DNA of 64,000 nucleotides from an uncultured delta proteobacterium (lineage in GTDB: Bacteria > Desulfobacterota > BSN033 > UBA1163): contig CAWHBU010000002.1 of assembly GCA_963827685.1 (NCBI GenBank), positions 992,001 to 1,056,000 of the forward strand, read 5' to 3'. The position numbers and the translations under genes were made by a program. A model generated the notes under the pieces. That model was not told the origin of the DNA. It saw only the letters and a list, made by a program, of their open reading frames with translations, and did no database searches. This document shows, piece after piece, positions 17,767 to 28,159 of this stretch. Numbering within the stretch: position 1 is the stretch's first letter; each line of letters starts with the position of its first letter.

Positions 17767-20411
17767 TCCAACTTAGTATTGGGTTTTCGGGGGATCAGAT
17801 AAATGACAGCACAACCTATGATTCCCAGAAGAGTTACCGCAGCACCTAGTTTAAAGCTCAAGGGGTCATAAACAAACTCAACCCGGTGTGTCCCGGCATT
17901 TAGAGGTATTGCTCTGAATGTATAATCAGCCCTATATATCTTTGTTTTTTTACCATCCACAAAGGCCTTCCACCCGGGATAGTAAGTCTTGCTTAATACC
18001 AATAAGCTATCTTCCGGAGCCTTCACCTGAAGGCCTAATCCGTTATTGCTCTCTGAAATGATTTCGACCTTTTGAGAGAGCTCCTGCTTACCGTAGGCAG
18101 GCACTGGCGGCTCTCCTACGTCATTTGTTCTTCGTAGGGGCGGCCCTCTGTGGCCGCCTTTGTTTTGAGTGCCAGAGAGGGGTTCCTTTAATCCCCCCAA
18201 CGTCCCTTTGGCAAGGGGGGGTCGAGGGGGATTTATCCATTTGGGTTTTTCTTCAAGAAAAACCTCCCGACCGGGACGAAATTCTTTCTGAATCATCATC
18301 AAAAGCATTGTCTGTGGGTCCATGACCTTGAATTTCTTCACAAGCCACGCTCTCGGGAAGGGTCTGCGATTTTTGTATAATTTAATTGTATTTTCTTTGA
18401 GAAGGACCTTCCTTTTCCCTTCAAGTCCCTCAAGCCTTGCGTAGATCAATTCAAATCGAGGGTCTCCCTCTAAAGGCGTGACTGAGACAACATATTTTAT
18501 CCCATAGAGGTCAATGATATTAGTAGCAGAGATTGATGAAGCACCGGTAAATGCTCTATAAAGATCATCCACTCTTTTTACTCGAATCACATCAATTCCC
18601 CATATATTATTCAATCGGTATGGCAGATTCATGGATGGGAGATGTTTTTCTTTCATATGATCAAGAGGTGAGGTGCTGTCGATTTTTATAACCGTATCCA
18701 TTGAAATAGTCTTTTCTGTCGTAAATATCCTGAAATGCCCTTTATCGGAAGAGATTGTTTCTAAAATCTTTGTCTTCTGGAAGTAGTCCAAAGTTTTTTC
18801 CTTCCCATAAAAACCCATATTCCCGAAGAGGTCTGTCATTAGAAAGATAAGCAACAAAACCTTCACCCAGCCTTTCCATCTTACCTCGTAACCGACTCTC
18901 AGCAAGAGAAAGAAAAGGGCAAGGTAGAAAAGAAATCTCTGCGCATGATGAAGGTTAAAAGCGAGGGGGTTGAAGTCAGGAAAATCGATCCCCTTCAATC
19001 TCAGAAAATCTTCCACTTCTTTGTGCCCAAGGGCAGAAAAAAGAAGAAGTGAGCCAGATATGAGGGAAAATATGATGAGAAGGTGTTTTAACCTTTTTTT
19101 CTCGTTATCCTTTGAATATTCTGATAATTTCTGGAACCCCAGACCTGCCGTGATGGAGAGGACAAGAATAAAAATGTAGAGAAATTTGGCAGGATACCGG
19201 ATCCCATTAAAAAACGGCACATACCTAAATACAAAGGTGTATAAAGGGTTATATTTCCCGAGAGACAAAAGAAGTGAAAAGAGCATTAAAGCAAGATAGA
19301 GCTTTCGATCTTTCCCAAATCCCCTCGCCTCATCCCTCTCCCCAGAGGAAGAGCGGGGCCACTCCTTAATCCCCTCTCCTCTTTGGGCGAGAAGGGCAGG
19401 GTGAGGGACGAGAAAGAAGATTAGGCTTAAAATAAAAGGAAGCCCTCCTGTATAGAGGGTTTTGAACCAGCATTGGGATATCCAATATTTTTTCATGTCC
19501 AAAAAATAACCATAGACATCGGGGAGGAAGAATAAGAGAACATCTTTAGGCGCAAAACTCCATATCGTCGCTTCCAGATAGGATATCCCGTTTCCTCTGA
19601 TGGAATGATGAAATAATTCAACAAAAGGGAAGAGTTGAATAGCAGAAAGAGATAAGAATAGAATGGATACGATAAAGAGACTTCTTATTCGTCTCCAACA
19701 AATGGGAAAGATATAAAGGAATTTGTAGCGTCGGGGTTTATCCCCGACGAATTTAGTATATGGAAAAGGTGAAAAAATCACCATGATGAAGAGAACCAAA
19801 AAATTACCATAGACAATTTCTATTCCTCCGCCTAAGAAAGAAAGCGTAATCAAAAGAGCGGTAAAAATTTCGTTTTTGAAACCCCGCCCATTGATCGCCC
19901 TCCTGAAAAACATCATGATCAAAGGCGTCCAGATACTCGAAAGAAGAATGGTGAGAAGGCTGTGAACCGACAAGAGGTAACCGCTGAGCATGAAGATCAA
20001 ACCGGAAATGAGAGCCCCTGCTGAATTGACCTTTAAGTCTTTAAGAAAAAGATAGGTGAATAATCCTCCCAGAAAGAAGTGAAGAATGATGATGGCATTG
20101 AAGGCTATATCAAACGGAAAAAGGAAGAAAAGGCTGTTTAAGGGGTAGAGCATTCCATGCTGAGGATTTGCAAGGAAGGGTTGGCCGGAGAATTGATAGG
20201 GATTCCATAGAGGGAAACTTCCATGCTTGATGCTTTCGACCCAGAAGAATCGCGGTGGAATGAAATAGGGACCTAAATCCCTTTCTATGAGGAGAAACCT
20301 TTTCTCAAGGAGGTCATAAAAAAAGAACAGGGATAAAAAGAAAAGGGCCAGAACAGCCAAGAAATCTGGTGATCTGACCCATTTTATTTTCCCTTTTAAC
20401 GTTTCTATCAC
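17763..20411 (-). CDS. YfhO-family GT-C membrane glycosyltransferase with in-frame repeat insertions
   Basis: PLWNPYQFSGQPFLAN, many TMs, C-terminal YYPGWKAFVDG..RAIPLNAGTHRVEFVYDP. Confidence 0.88.
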   Translation of the reverse strand: MIETLKGKIKWVRSPDFLAVLALFFLSLFFFYDLLEKRFLLIERDLGPYFIPPRFFWVESIKHGSFPLWNPYQFSGQPFLANPQHGMLYPLNSLFFLFPFDIAFNAIIILHFFLGGLFTYLFLKDLKVNSAGALISGLIFMLSGYLLSVHSLLTILLSSIWTPLIMMFFRRAINGRGFKNEIFTALLITLSFLGGGIEIVYGNFLVLFIMVIFSPFPYTKFVGDKPRRYKFLYIFPICWRRIRSLFIVSILFLSLSAIQLFPFVELFHHSIRGNGISYLEATIWSFAPKDVLLFFLPDVYGYFLDMKKYWISQCWFKTLYTGGLPFILSLIFFLVPHPALLAQRGEGIKEWPRSSSGERDEARGFGKDRKLYLALMLFSLLLSLGKYNPLYTFVFRYVPFFNGIRYPAKFLYIFILVLSITAGLGFQKLSEYSKDNEKKRLKHLLIIFSLISGSLLLFSALGHKEVEDFLRLKGIDFPDFNPLAFNLHHAQRFLFYLALFFLLLRVGYEVRWKGWVKVLLLIFLMTDLFGNMGFYGKEKTLDYFQKTKILETISSDKGHFRIFTTEKTISMDTVIKIDSTSPLDHMKEKHLPSMNLPYRLNNIWGIDVIRVKRVDDLYRAFTGASSISATNIIDLYGIKYVVSVTPLEGDPRFELIYARLEGLEGKRKVLLKENTIKLYKNRRPFPRAWLVKKFKVMDPQTMLLMMIQKEFRPGREVFLEEKPKWINPPRPPLAKGTLGGLKEPLSGTQNKGGHRGPPLRRTNDVGEPPVPAYGKQELSQKVEIISESNNGLGLQVKAPEDSLLVLSKTYYPGWKAFVDGKKTKIYRADYTFRAIPLNAGTHRVEFVYDPLSFKLGAAVTLLGIIGCAVIYLIPRKPNTKLE

Positions 20412-20473
20412 AGGGAACTGATCTTACTCATTCCTTCCCAAGAAATCTCAATGACTGATTCCAAATGGTCTTG

Positions 20474-20875
20474 TCACCATGTTGCGAATGTCCCGGTGCC
20501 AGCGGTGATTCTGCCAAGGGTAGTCGGAGCACCGGGTGTGGGAGTGAGTGTAAACGTGTAAACATTCCCCCCTGCCGTCATGGTAAAGCGCGTTACGGCT
20601 GCAGTCCAGCTGATCCCTCTTAAACCAGCCGACATACTGTTGGCAATAACACGCATGGTGTATGTAGCAGTAGTCCGTCCCAAGACGCGTTGACTGAACA
20701 GTAAGGTATTTTGGCTTCTGAGTGCGCCAAGCACCCCTCTTGCTACCCCATCCGAAGCCCTCCGCTTTAAATCCACATACCTTGGGATGGCCACCCCCGC
20801 CAAAATACCAAGAACTACAATGATAATGATCAACTCAATTGTTGTAAACCCTATCTGGATTCTCGCTATCCTCAC
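20474..20875 (-). CDS. Type IV pilin (divergent paralogue)
   Basis: IG|FTTIELIIIIVVLGILAGVAIPRY. Confidence 0.88.
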   Translation of the reverse strand: MRIARIQIGFTTIELIIIIVVLGILAGVAIPRYVDLKRRASDGVARGVLGALRSQNTLLFSQRVLGRTTATYTMRVIANSMSAGLRGISWTAAVTRFTMTAGGNVYTFTLTPTPGAPTTLGRITAGTGTFATW

Positions 20876-20957
20876 TGCTCAAAATAATCCTCTGCTTTTC
20901 CCAATGTAGGGTATCATACAGCAGCACCTTTTAACAAAATAAGCCTACATTCTTCTA

Positions 20958-21350
20958 TTACCAGGTAACTGTTGCTGGACAGTATATGGTTGCCGGAGTA
21001 GTAGGCGCCCCAGGGTTACTCGGGTTAAGCGAAAAAAGATAATTATTGCCCCCGACCGTCACTGTAATGCTCGTAGCACCTATGGCATACGTAACACCTT
21101 GAAGTTGGGCAGAAGCAACGATAGAAGTCCAATCATAAGCAGTTCCCGTACCTCCAATTAAACGGGATGCAAACAAGAGGCTGTTCGCGCCTCTAAGCCC
21201 ACCCAGCACACCCCTCGCCGTAGCATTGGACGCAGCTGTTGTCAAATCTACGTATGTCGGAATGGCCACGGCTGCCAAGATTCCGATGATCACGATGATT
21301 ACGATCAACTCAATCAACGTAAAACCTTTCTGATTTCTCAGCATTTTCAA
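20958..21350 (-). CDS. Type IV major pilin copy 2 (MshA-like)
   Basis: NQKG|FTLIELIVIIVIIGILAAVAIP. Confidence 0.92.
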   Translation of the reverse strand: MKMLRNQKGFTLIELIVIIVIIGILAAVAIPTYVDLTTAASNATARGVLGGLRGANSLLFASRLIGGTGTAYDWTSIVASAQLQGVTYAIGATSITVTVGGNNYLFSLNPSNPGAPTTPATIYCPATVTW

Positions 21351-21374
21351 ATCCTCCTGTCAATCAATCTTTCG

Positions 21375-21764
21375 CTACCACGTAACTGTTGCTGGACAGT
21401 ATATGGTTGCCGGAGTAGTAGGCGCCCCAGGGTTATTCGGGTTAAGCGAAAAAAGATAATTATTGGCCCCAACCGTCACTGTAATGCTCGTAGCACCGGC
21501 TATGACATACGTAACACCTTGAAGTTGGGCAGAAGCAAGGATAGAAGTCCAATCATAAGCAGTTCCCGTACCTCCAATTAAACGGGATGCAAACAAGAGG
21601 CTGTTTGCGCCTCTCAGGCCACCCAGGATTCCTCTTGCTGTTCCATTGGAGGCTGCCGTGGTCAAGTCTACATATGTTGGAATAGCCACGGCTGCCAAGA
21701 TTCCGATAATAACGATAATTACAATCAACTCAATTAATGTAAAGCCCTTCTGATTTTTAAGCAT
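21375..21764 (-). CDS. Type IV major pilin copy 1 (MshA-like)
   Basis: NQKG|FTLIELIVIIVIIGILAAVAIP; AAGGAG RBS. Confidence 0.92.
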   Translation of the reverse strand: MLKNQKGFTLIELIVIIVIIGILAAVAIPTYVDLTTAASNGTARGILGGLRGANSLLFASRLIGGTGTAYDWTSILASAQLQGVTYVIAGATSITVTVGANNYLFSLNPNNPGAPTTPATIYCPATVTW

Positions 21765-21863
21765 TTTTTTTCTCCTTTCAAGACGTTATCTTAATTCATA
21801 AAATTTAATACTTATTAATTTAATAGCAGCCGGAAAATACTTTGTCAAGTAAATTTATTTATG

Positions 21864-21879
21864 AGCAATATCTATGCCA
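21864..21879 (-). promoter_or_regulatory. Sigma-54 -24/-12 promoter of pilin cluster
   Basis: TGGCATAGATATTGCT on minus strand ~100 bp upstream of pilin; palindrome GACA-N5-TGTC at 21993-22005 could be an activator site; a TTGACA-17-TATTAA also at 21848-21820. Confidence 0.75.
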
Positions 21880-22042
21880 CTAAACTAAATATTCTTAAAA
21901 TCATTAGACTCAAAAAAACTAATAACTTTAAATAGTTAATCAACGATGCGTGTACGATTTGCAGTTCTTGAATGATTAGAATCCCAAGAATAGACAATTT
22001 TTGTCAGATATTTTAAAAAAATGTCCGTTTTCTTCTCTCCCA

Positions 22043-23107
22043 TCAGTAGACATGCTCGCCCCTCACTTTAATTAACTGTGCAACAATGCTGACTGCGATC
22101 TCTTCGGGAGTTTCGGAATTGATGTCAAGTCCGATGGGCGCATGAACTCGATTCAATGCCTCTTTGGAGATTCCCTTTTTCCTCAAATTCTGATAAAGAG
22201 TCTTGATTTTCTTCTTTGAACCGATCATTCCAATATAGGGGGCGTTCGTTTTGACTGCCTGTTCCAGTACGAAACCATCAAAGAGATGTCCCCGAGTGAC
22301 GATGACCATATAAGAGGAATCATCAATGTTAAGTCGGTCGAAACAGCTCTCAAATTCTGATACGATGACTTCATCAGCCTCTGGAAAACGCTCCCGATTA
22401 GCAAACATCTCCCGATCATCAATGACGACAACTTTGAAATGAACTCTCTTCACAAGGGGAGCCAATTGCTCAGAAATATGACCTCCTCCAAAGATATAAA
22501 CAGTGGACTCAGAAAAAACGGGCTCCAAGAGTATTTCCGCCTTTCTATTTTCAGAACTTAGAACCAACACCTTCGGTTTCTTCTCTCTTACCATTAACTC
22601 GCCTTCACCTAAAATCTTCTTCTCCAATTCCACTCCACCTAACAAGGAACCGACTTTTTCTCCAGAGGTCTTCATCAATATCTTCCAACCTCCCTCCTTG
22701 GGAAAATCACCCTCCACCGAGACCAGCGTGGCCAGGATGGCTGATCCTCCTTTCTGTCTTATCCTTGCCACTTCCTGATAGATATTTAAAAAACCTTCTT
22801 TAAGAGGTTCCAAAAAGATATCAATATTCCCTCCGCAGATCAGCCCACCTTCTGCCAATTGCTCAGACGTCAGCTCAAAATGGAGGATCCTTCCTCCACC
22901 TTTCTCCATCACCTTTTGAGCCTCTTGCCAGACTTCTGCCTCAACGCATCCTCCTCCAATAGAGCCGACAGAGGATCCGTCTGCCTTGATTAAATATTTC
23001 GCACCTACTGCCCTGGGAGCAGAACCCACGCGGGTGACGAGTGTGGCAAGTGCCAACTTCTCCTTCTTCCCAAGAGATTTCACAATTTCAGAATAGACGT
23101 CCTGCAC
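22043..23107 (-). CDS. xdhC: XdhC/CoxI molybdoenzyme maturation factor
   Basis: GSAPRAVGAK, GSIGGGCVEA, ICGG, IFGGGH, YIGMIGSKKK, APIGLDINSETPEEIAVSI. Confidence 0.92.
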   Translation of the reverse strand: MQDVYSEIVKSLGKKEKLALATLVTRVGSAPRAVGAKYLIKADGSSVGSIGGGCVEAEVWQEAQKVMEKGGGRILHFELTSEQLAEGGLICGGNIDIFLEPLKEGFLNIYQEVARIRQKGGSAILATLVSVEGDFPKEGGWKILMKTSGEKVGSLLGGVELEKKILGEGELMVREKKPKVLVLSSENRKAEILLEPVFSESTVYIFGGGHISEQLAPLVKRVHFKVVVIDDREMFANRERFPEADEVIVSEFESCFDRLNIDDSSYMVIVTRGHLFDGFVLEQAVKTNAPYIGMIGSKKKIKTLYQNLRKKGISKEALNRVHAPIGLDINSETPEEIAVSIVAQLIKVRGEHVY

Positions 23108-23356
23108 AATCCTAATCCCCTAATCTTCGAGGTCTTGCGGAGGCTTCGCTTGTGGAGGAATCCCCCGCCTGTTGATACGAAAAAAGCATTCCCATTATAA
23201 CAGCTTCTCCCAATATTTTGAAGGGTATTTCCGATCAAGATTTCTTTACTTATTCCCTCTTTTTCTAAGGGCCTGCCCTTTTCCAGAACTTAATTGGGAC
23301 AAGAGTGATACCAAACACAAGCTTATACAGATAGCGAATATTTCTCTTCATCATGC

Positions 23357-24058
23357 CTATCGCCAGTAAACAGTCTCGGCAATAACCTGCGCCATATAGC
23401 CCAGTCCCCACCGGATGACCTGAAGTTTTCGTTCGCCACCAATTCTTTTCGGCTCATCACCGGGGATTTCCGTTACTTTCAATTTGCGTTTTGCACATCT
23501 CACCGACAAGATCGGTTCCCAGCTCAGATTGGTCCAAAAAACATTCTCCGGCCAATATGTCTCGTTTCTGTGTAAATCCAATGTCTTGATGAGATCCTTT
23601 TTGTACGCACGGAATATGACCATCGCATCAGTGTAAGAACTGCCATGGAGTATATTAATTGTTTTGGTGAAAAGCCAGTTCCCAAATCGTGTAATAGAAT
23701 TATCGTCTTTGCTGGTTGCATCCCCGAGATACCGGGAAGCAATGACCATATCGTATCCTTCTTCCATTTTTTCTCTTAATTGAGGAATCAGCTCAGGTAT
23801 GGAGTTCCCGTCAGGGCTGAAGGTCATCACGATATCCCCTTCAATGAGATCATAAATCTCCATATAGGCGTTTCGCATGCCCTTTTTCTTTTGAAGATAT
23901 ACGGGATAGCCGTTCTCCCGAAGGTATTCTATTGTCCCATCCGTCGAATTTCCATCGACAATAATCAATTGGTCATACCATTCATCTCTGATTTTCGGCA
24001 TTATTTCTCGAACACCGTCGATCTCGTTTAGCGTTGGGACGATCAACGTATACTTCAT
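23357..24058 (-). CDS. GT2 glycosyltransferase
   Basis: IVPTLNE, VDGNSTDGT, FSPDGNS, VIASRY. Confidence 0.88.
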   Translation of the reverse strand: MKYTLIVPTLNEIDGVREIMPKIRDEWYDQLIIVDGNSTDGTIEYLRENGYPVYLQKKKGMRNAYMEIYDLIEGDIVMTFSPDGNSIPELIPQLREKMEEGYDMVIASRYLGDATSKDDNSITRFGNWLFTKTINILHGSSYTDAMVIFRAYKKDLIKTLDLHRNETYWPENVFWTNLSWEPILSVRCAKRKLKVTEIPGDEPKRIGGERKLQVIRWGLGYMAQVIAETVYWR

Positions 24059-24100
24059 ATCATCACACCCTGAGTGCCATGCTCATTATCGTACTTTTTT

Positions 24101-24330
24101 TCATGAAACATCATTATATGAATGGAGAGCAGAATTTCCAGTATCGTAAAAGCAAGCCCCCAGTAGAATGAAGCAGGGATGTATCAGAATGCTATCCTGT
24201 GAATGTCTTTTGGAACTTAAACCGCTCGAAAGGCAAGATTTGCTCGGTAAATTTTGGTTTCCTTCCAATCGACATAGGCACGCCATCCTCGATACCATGT
24301 ATCGGCCATATGAGACCCGGACAGGGATCC
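24101..24330 (-). pseudogene. Remnant of YfhO C-terminal domain
   Basis: ADTWYRGWRAYVDWKETKIYRANLAFRAV*VPKDIHRIAF*YIPASFYWGL aligns to the C-terminus of 17763..20411; two in-frame stops. Confidence 0.75.
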
Positions 24331-24398
24331 CGCAAACCTGCTCGACGCCCTTTCAGGAATTCTCTGTCGATTCCCTTTTTCCTTATGGCCATTGATGC

Positions 24399-26285
24399 TC
24401 ACGGCCATATCTTCCAGGCATTGCTGTCGGGTGTACCGCGTTTTGCAATAATGACACCTCCGCACAATGGAGAGTCCTGGAAGGGTATATTTCCGATAGT
24501 GTAAATGGGGACATAGTTTTTTGTCACCCATCCCGATATTTTTGTTCCTGTATCAACCCCAAATTTTTTAAAACCCCACTCACCGACACCTCTATCCATA
24601 AGGATCACATAATCGGGCAATCGTCTGCTCAGTCTTTCCACCATTTTTTCTTCATGATGCATGACCAGGTCTCCCAGCAAAAAAGAAGTATATGGCGATG
24701 GGTTTTCCCGTCCTGTCAGGTAATTCAATAGTATGCCTTCAGGTATAACGAGGAAGTTTTCATTCGGCTTGATCGTTTCATTGATCTTTTTAAGCGTTGC
24801 GTCAATGACAGGGCCTTCGATGTTCAGCACAGCATCAAATGTAATGATTCTTTCTTTGCCGGTATCTATCGGGTAGTTTCTGATCAAATAAGTATCGCTT
24901 ACCGCACCTATTTCCATCACCAGGAACATTGCAACCAAGATAATGCTTAAAGCTCTGATAAACGTGGTACTCTGAGCGTTTTTCGCTACAAGCCTTGGAA
25001 CATGGTATACAAGCCCTGCAACCACAACTAAGGTCGCCGGCATGGTGAGGGCAAAACCATAGACATTGATTGTCACACGGAGTATCATCTTCAATACCAT
25101 GACAAAGGCAAATATTATGAATACGAGCATGGGGAGAGCAGATAATGCCTTTCCTTTATCTTTTCTCGATTTCCAAATCGTTATGCCATAGAAGATTCCC
25201 ATGACAGCTACGACAACCTGAAAAGCGAAAGGTATTCTAAGGTCGAGCCAATTCCATGGCACACCGTTCATAAAATATAACAAGAAAAGGGCAGATGCTG
25301 CCACGATCATGATGATCATTCTGTAGTACGTGCTGCTTATTCTCTCGACCAGACGAGCAACAGACCATACCAGGCAGAGCAATAACACATACCAGCCCGT
25401 GACGAGTAATATCTTCCCTAAATAGAACAAAGAGGCATCTCTCCCAGTCGCTCTAAGATAGAAAACATTGGAAGTCACCGCTGTCTCAAATAACTGCCTA
25501 TATTGCGTGAGAATTGAGAGAAGGGCCTCCTGAAAGGGCATAAAAAAAGAAAAATATACAGTAAAAACAGCGGTAGGAAGCAGGAGCGAAAAGAACAGTA
25601 TGGCAGACACTCTTATGATTTTTCGTAAGGAAAATTGCTCAACATGCCATAGAACAATAAAGCCCGTTCCGATTGCAGCAATACTTGCAAAAAAAACCTC
25701 CAGTTTTGTAAGGAAAATCGTTCCTATTAATAAACCGATGATAACCACCCAGAAGGTGTTTTGTTTCTTTATGTATCGATAAAAGGCGAGTATTGAAAAG
25801 AATGATAATGCAATCCCATGCGTCAATGCATGGGCATAAGGGGTTATATAGTTGTAGTTTGGAAACTTGAATGCAAAGATGGAGAGAAATGTTGCTGCCG
25901 TCATCAGTGCCGTAACGGAATTCGCGGTATGGCGAAAAAGACGATAGATGCAATAGGTGATGATGATCACGACACCCATATTAAAAAATGCAAGCGTCAT
26001 GATGTTTACGCCGAACATCTTAAAAAGGAATGCATTCAGATAAGGAGAGAATGGCCCATAATGATCAACATAGATATCCCTATACAGGACGCCTCCCATG
26101 CTTAATCTCCATGGGATATAGAGCTCTCTTCCAAAGTCGAGAATAATTAACGACCATCTCCTCCAGCTTACAAAGAGCATGAAAAATCCTATTGCCGATA
26201 ATATGCACAAACTTGAGACATTCATAATAATCTGACGGAAACCCTTATTTATAGCAGCCTCTTTCTCCATACCTTCTCCATACAC
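24399..26285 (-). CDS. Polytopic membrane protein, probable GT-C (ArnT/PMT-like) glycosyltransferase
   Basis: DFGRELY..G.VLYRDI...YGP motif, many TMs, C-terminal periplasmic domain. Confidence 0.7.
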   Translation of the reverse strand: MYGEGMEKEAAINKGFRQIIMNVSSLCILSAIGFFMLFVSWRRWSLIILDFGRELYIPWRLSMGGVLYRDIYVDHYGPFSPYLNAFLFKMFGVNIMTLAFFNMGVVIIITYCIYRLFRHTANSVTALMTAATFLSIFAFKFPNYNYITPYAHALTHGIALSFFSILAFYRYIKKQNTFWVVIIGLLIGTIFLTKLEVFFASIAAIGTGFIVLWHVEQFSLRKIIRVSAILFFSLLLPTAVFTVYFSFFMPFQEALLSILTQYRQLFETAVTSNVFYLRATGRDASLFYLGKILLVTGWYVLLLCLVWSVARLVERISSTYYRMIIMIVAASALFLLYFMNGVPWNWLDLRIPFAFQVVVAVMGIFYGITIWKSRKDKGKALSALPMLVFIIFAFVMVLKMILRVTINVYGFALTMPATLVVVAGLVYHVPRLVAKNAQSTTFIRALSIILVAMFLVMEIGAVSDTYLIRNYPIDTGKERIITFDAVLNIEGPVIDATLKKINETIKPNENFLVIPEGILLNYLTGRENPSPYTSFLLGDLVMHHEEKMVERLSRRLPDYVILMDRGVGEWGFKKFGVDTGTKISGWVTKNYVPIYTIGNIPFQDSPLCGGVIIAKRGTPDSNAWKIWP

Positions 26286-26401
26286 TTAACTTCATTAACC
26301 TCACAAAAATATTTACCTGATGGCTTCAAGGGAAAATTTTTCAAAAGGAAGATAAGTAAATGGTTGGCAAACCCATTACTAATAATCCGAACCGGGATAG
26401 G

Positions 26402-26980
26402 CTATGGTTTCTTCCCTTTTGAGATTGGTTTTTGCTCCTTCTGTAGAGGCACCTTTTCCACGTCCTTTAAACGAGCAAGGGGCAATAGATAAAGTTTATA
26501 AAAGATCGGATCAGCCCATAATTCCATTTCAGGTGCCAAATCCCCTACTAAAGCGGAGAAGGAAGGCAAATTGTTATAGGCATTAAAATTCTCCGAGAGG
26601 TCTTTCAAAGATTTATAAAGTTTGATCGAGGCGACGAGATGGGTTGGTTTCTCCTTCAATAATTTAATTTGTTGAATCCCCGTTTCGATCAATCCCTGGT
26701 CCTCCTCCAATTTGGACATCCAAAATTTCCCTTCCTGATATCGGACATCTGTCTCCCCTGTTTGAATGGCCTGTATTAATTCCGTGCGAATTCTTTGAGC
26801 CTTTTTCATTATTCCATCCAATTGATTGAACAATTCAATTTTTTCCTTCTTGGAAAGTTCTATGGTCTTGGATGAAGACTTAGATAAAAAATATTGCAGA
26901 TTGTAATCCTCGGCGAAACTAAGAGAAGTCAAACCGAAACAAAAAACCATTCCTGCTAAAAAAAACCTTCGATATCCCAT
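26402..26980 (-). CDS. Exported hypothetical protein
   Basis: 192-aa ORF with signal-peptide-like N-terminus and GGAGG RBS. Confidence 0.75.
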   Translation of the reverse strand: MGYRRFFLAGMVFCFGLTSLSFAEDYNLQYFLSKSSSKTIELSKKEKIELFNQLDGIMKKAQRIRTELIQAIQTGETDVRYQEGKFWMSKLEEDQGLIETGIQQIKLLKEKPTHLVASIKLYKSLKDLSENFNAYNNLPSFSALVGDLAPEMELWADPIFYKLYLLPLARLKDVEKVPLQKEQKPISKGKKP

Positions 26981-27004
26981 TCCATGCCTCCCGCATCCCT
27001 CAAA

Positions 27005-27131
27005 ATCTCCCCTCCCCGAGCGGGAGGGGATAAAGGAGAGGGGGACCCTAATCTTAACACCCCCACCCCGGCCCTCCCCCCTGCCTTCGCCGAAGCGGCT
27101 TCGCGCAGGCAGGCATTAAGAGGGAGGGGGC
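27005..27131. repeat. CCCTCCCC..GGGAGGG hairpin elements with nested 35-bp palindrome (27080-27114)
   Basis: cctgccttcgccgaagcggcttcgcgcaggcaggc is the exact reverse complement of 43594-43628. Confidence 0.85.
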
Positions 27132-27183
27132 TATTGTTATGACTTCCATTGTAATATGACGCAGTCTCTTTCATGACAAATTC

Positions 27184-28035
27184 CTATGGAAACATCACCT
27201 CTATTACAGGTGGCTCTTTCTTTAGTTGTCCCAAAACGATCCTTTCGATCTGGCGGTGTTTTTTGTCAAGGATTTTTTGGGCAATACTCTTTGCCTTGGC
27301 TACTCCATTCGGAATATCCACCTTATTAAGAAAGGCAACGACTCTCGACGAAGATGGGATTCCTTTGAAGATGCCTTCGGGATGGGTCATCAAGAGTGCC
27401 ATCGCCTCATCCGTCAGCCTTTCTCCAACAGGAATTCCTGTTATTTTTGAAACCCTTTCTGGCTGAAAAACATTTTCCTCGCTTAACCCCATCTCCATTC
27501 CGTCTACCCCCAACATGGCCACGACTAAAGTCGTGCTCGCTGGGATGACAGGTTCATTCTCTCTCGGTGCTTTAACGGGTCGGCCTGCTGCACCATCCGC
27601 TTCTATAATGATCGTGTCAATTCCGTGTGAATGCCAAAGTCCATCGACCAGATTGGGAGAAATTCCTTTCAATTTTCCTGATTCAAGTCTCTCCCGAGCA
27701 ACGGTGATATGATGGTATTGATCGAGATGGTGCCTCACAAAATCCTTAATTTTCTCCTCATCTGGATCAACAAAAAGAGAACTCGTTTTCCCTGGAGTGG
27801 GCGTTAGTATCTTTGTCGTCGAAGTCGTCACCACTTTCTTCCCACTGACAAACAACTCTTGCGCAAGGCGAAACATCAATGTGGTCTTTCCCCCTGCCCC
27901 GACCAAACTGATCACTTCCTTTGCCTTGATGCCCAAAGCTCCGGTCAGAAAACCAATCAGCCCTTCCTCTTTTTGTATTTTCTTCACAAACCTCTCGATG
28001 ATGGGACAAATGATCTCTTGATTTGGATCGATCAT
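27184..28035 (-). CDS. yqeC: YqeC selenium-dependent hydroxylase accessory protein (start uncertain)
   Basis: ISLVGAGGKTT, VTTSTTKI, IEADGAAGRPVKAPRENEPVIP. Confidence 0.88.
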   Translation of the reverse strand: MIDPNQEIICPIIERFVKKIQKEEGLIGFLTGALGIKAKEVISLVGAGGKTTLMFRLAQELFVSGKKVVTTSTTKILTPTPGKTSSLFVDPDEEKIKDFVRHHLDQYHHITVARERLESGKLKGISPNLVDGLWHSHGIDTIIIEADGAAGRPVKAPRENEPVIPASTTLVVAMLGVDGMEMGLSEENVFQPERVSKITGIPVGERLTDEAMALLMTHPEGIFKGIPSSSRVVAFLNKVDIPNGVAKAKSIAQKILDKKHRQIERIVLGQLKKEPPVIEVMFP

Positions 28036-28159
28036 GACGCATCTTAATACGAAATGAGTTGATTTTTCAATAAAAGAGATTTGGATATTCTGGAGTAACA
28101 CCAAATGACAAGTCCTGTATTCAGCATGGTGCAGCACAAGTACCCAACAATAAACCCCA

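Noticed and set aside
26360-26380. ggcaaaccc as c-di-GMP-I riboswitch start
   Set aside because: No GAAA tetraloop stem or GCAAAG/P2 element follows
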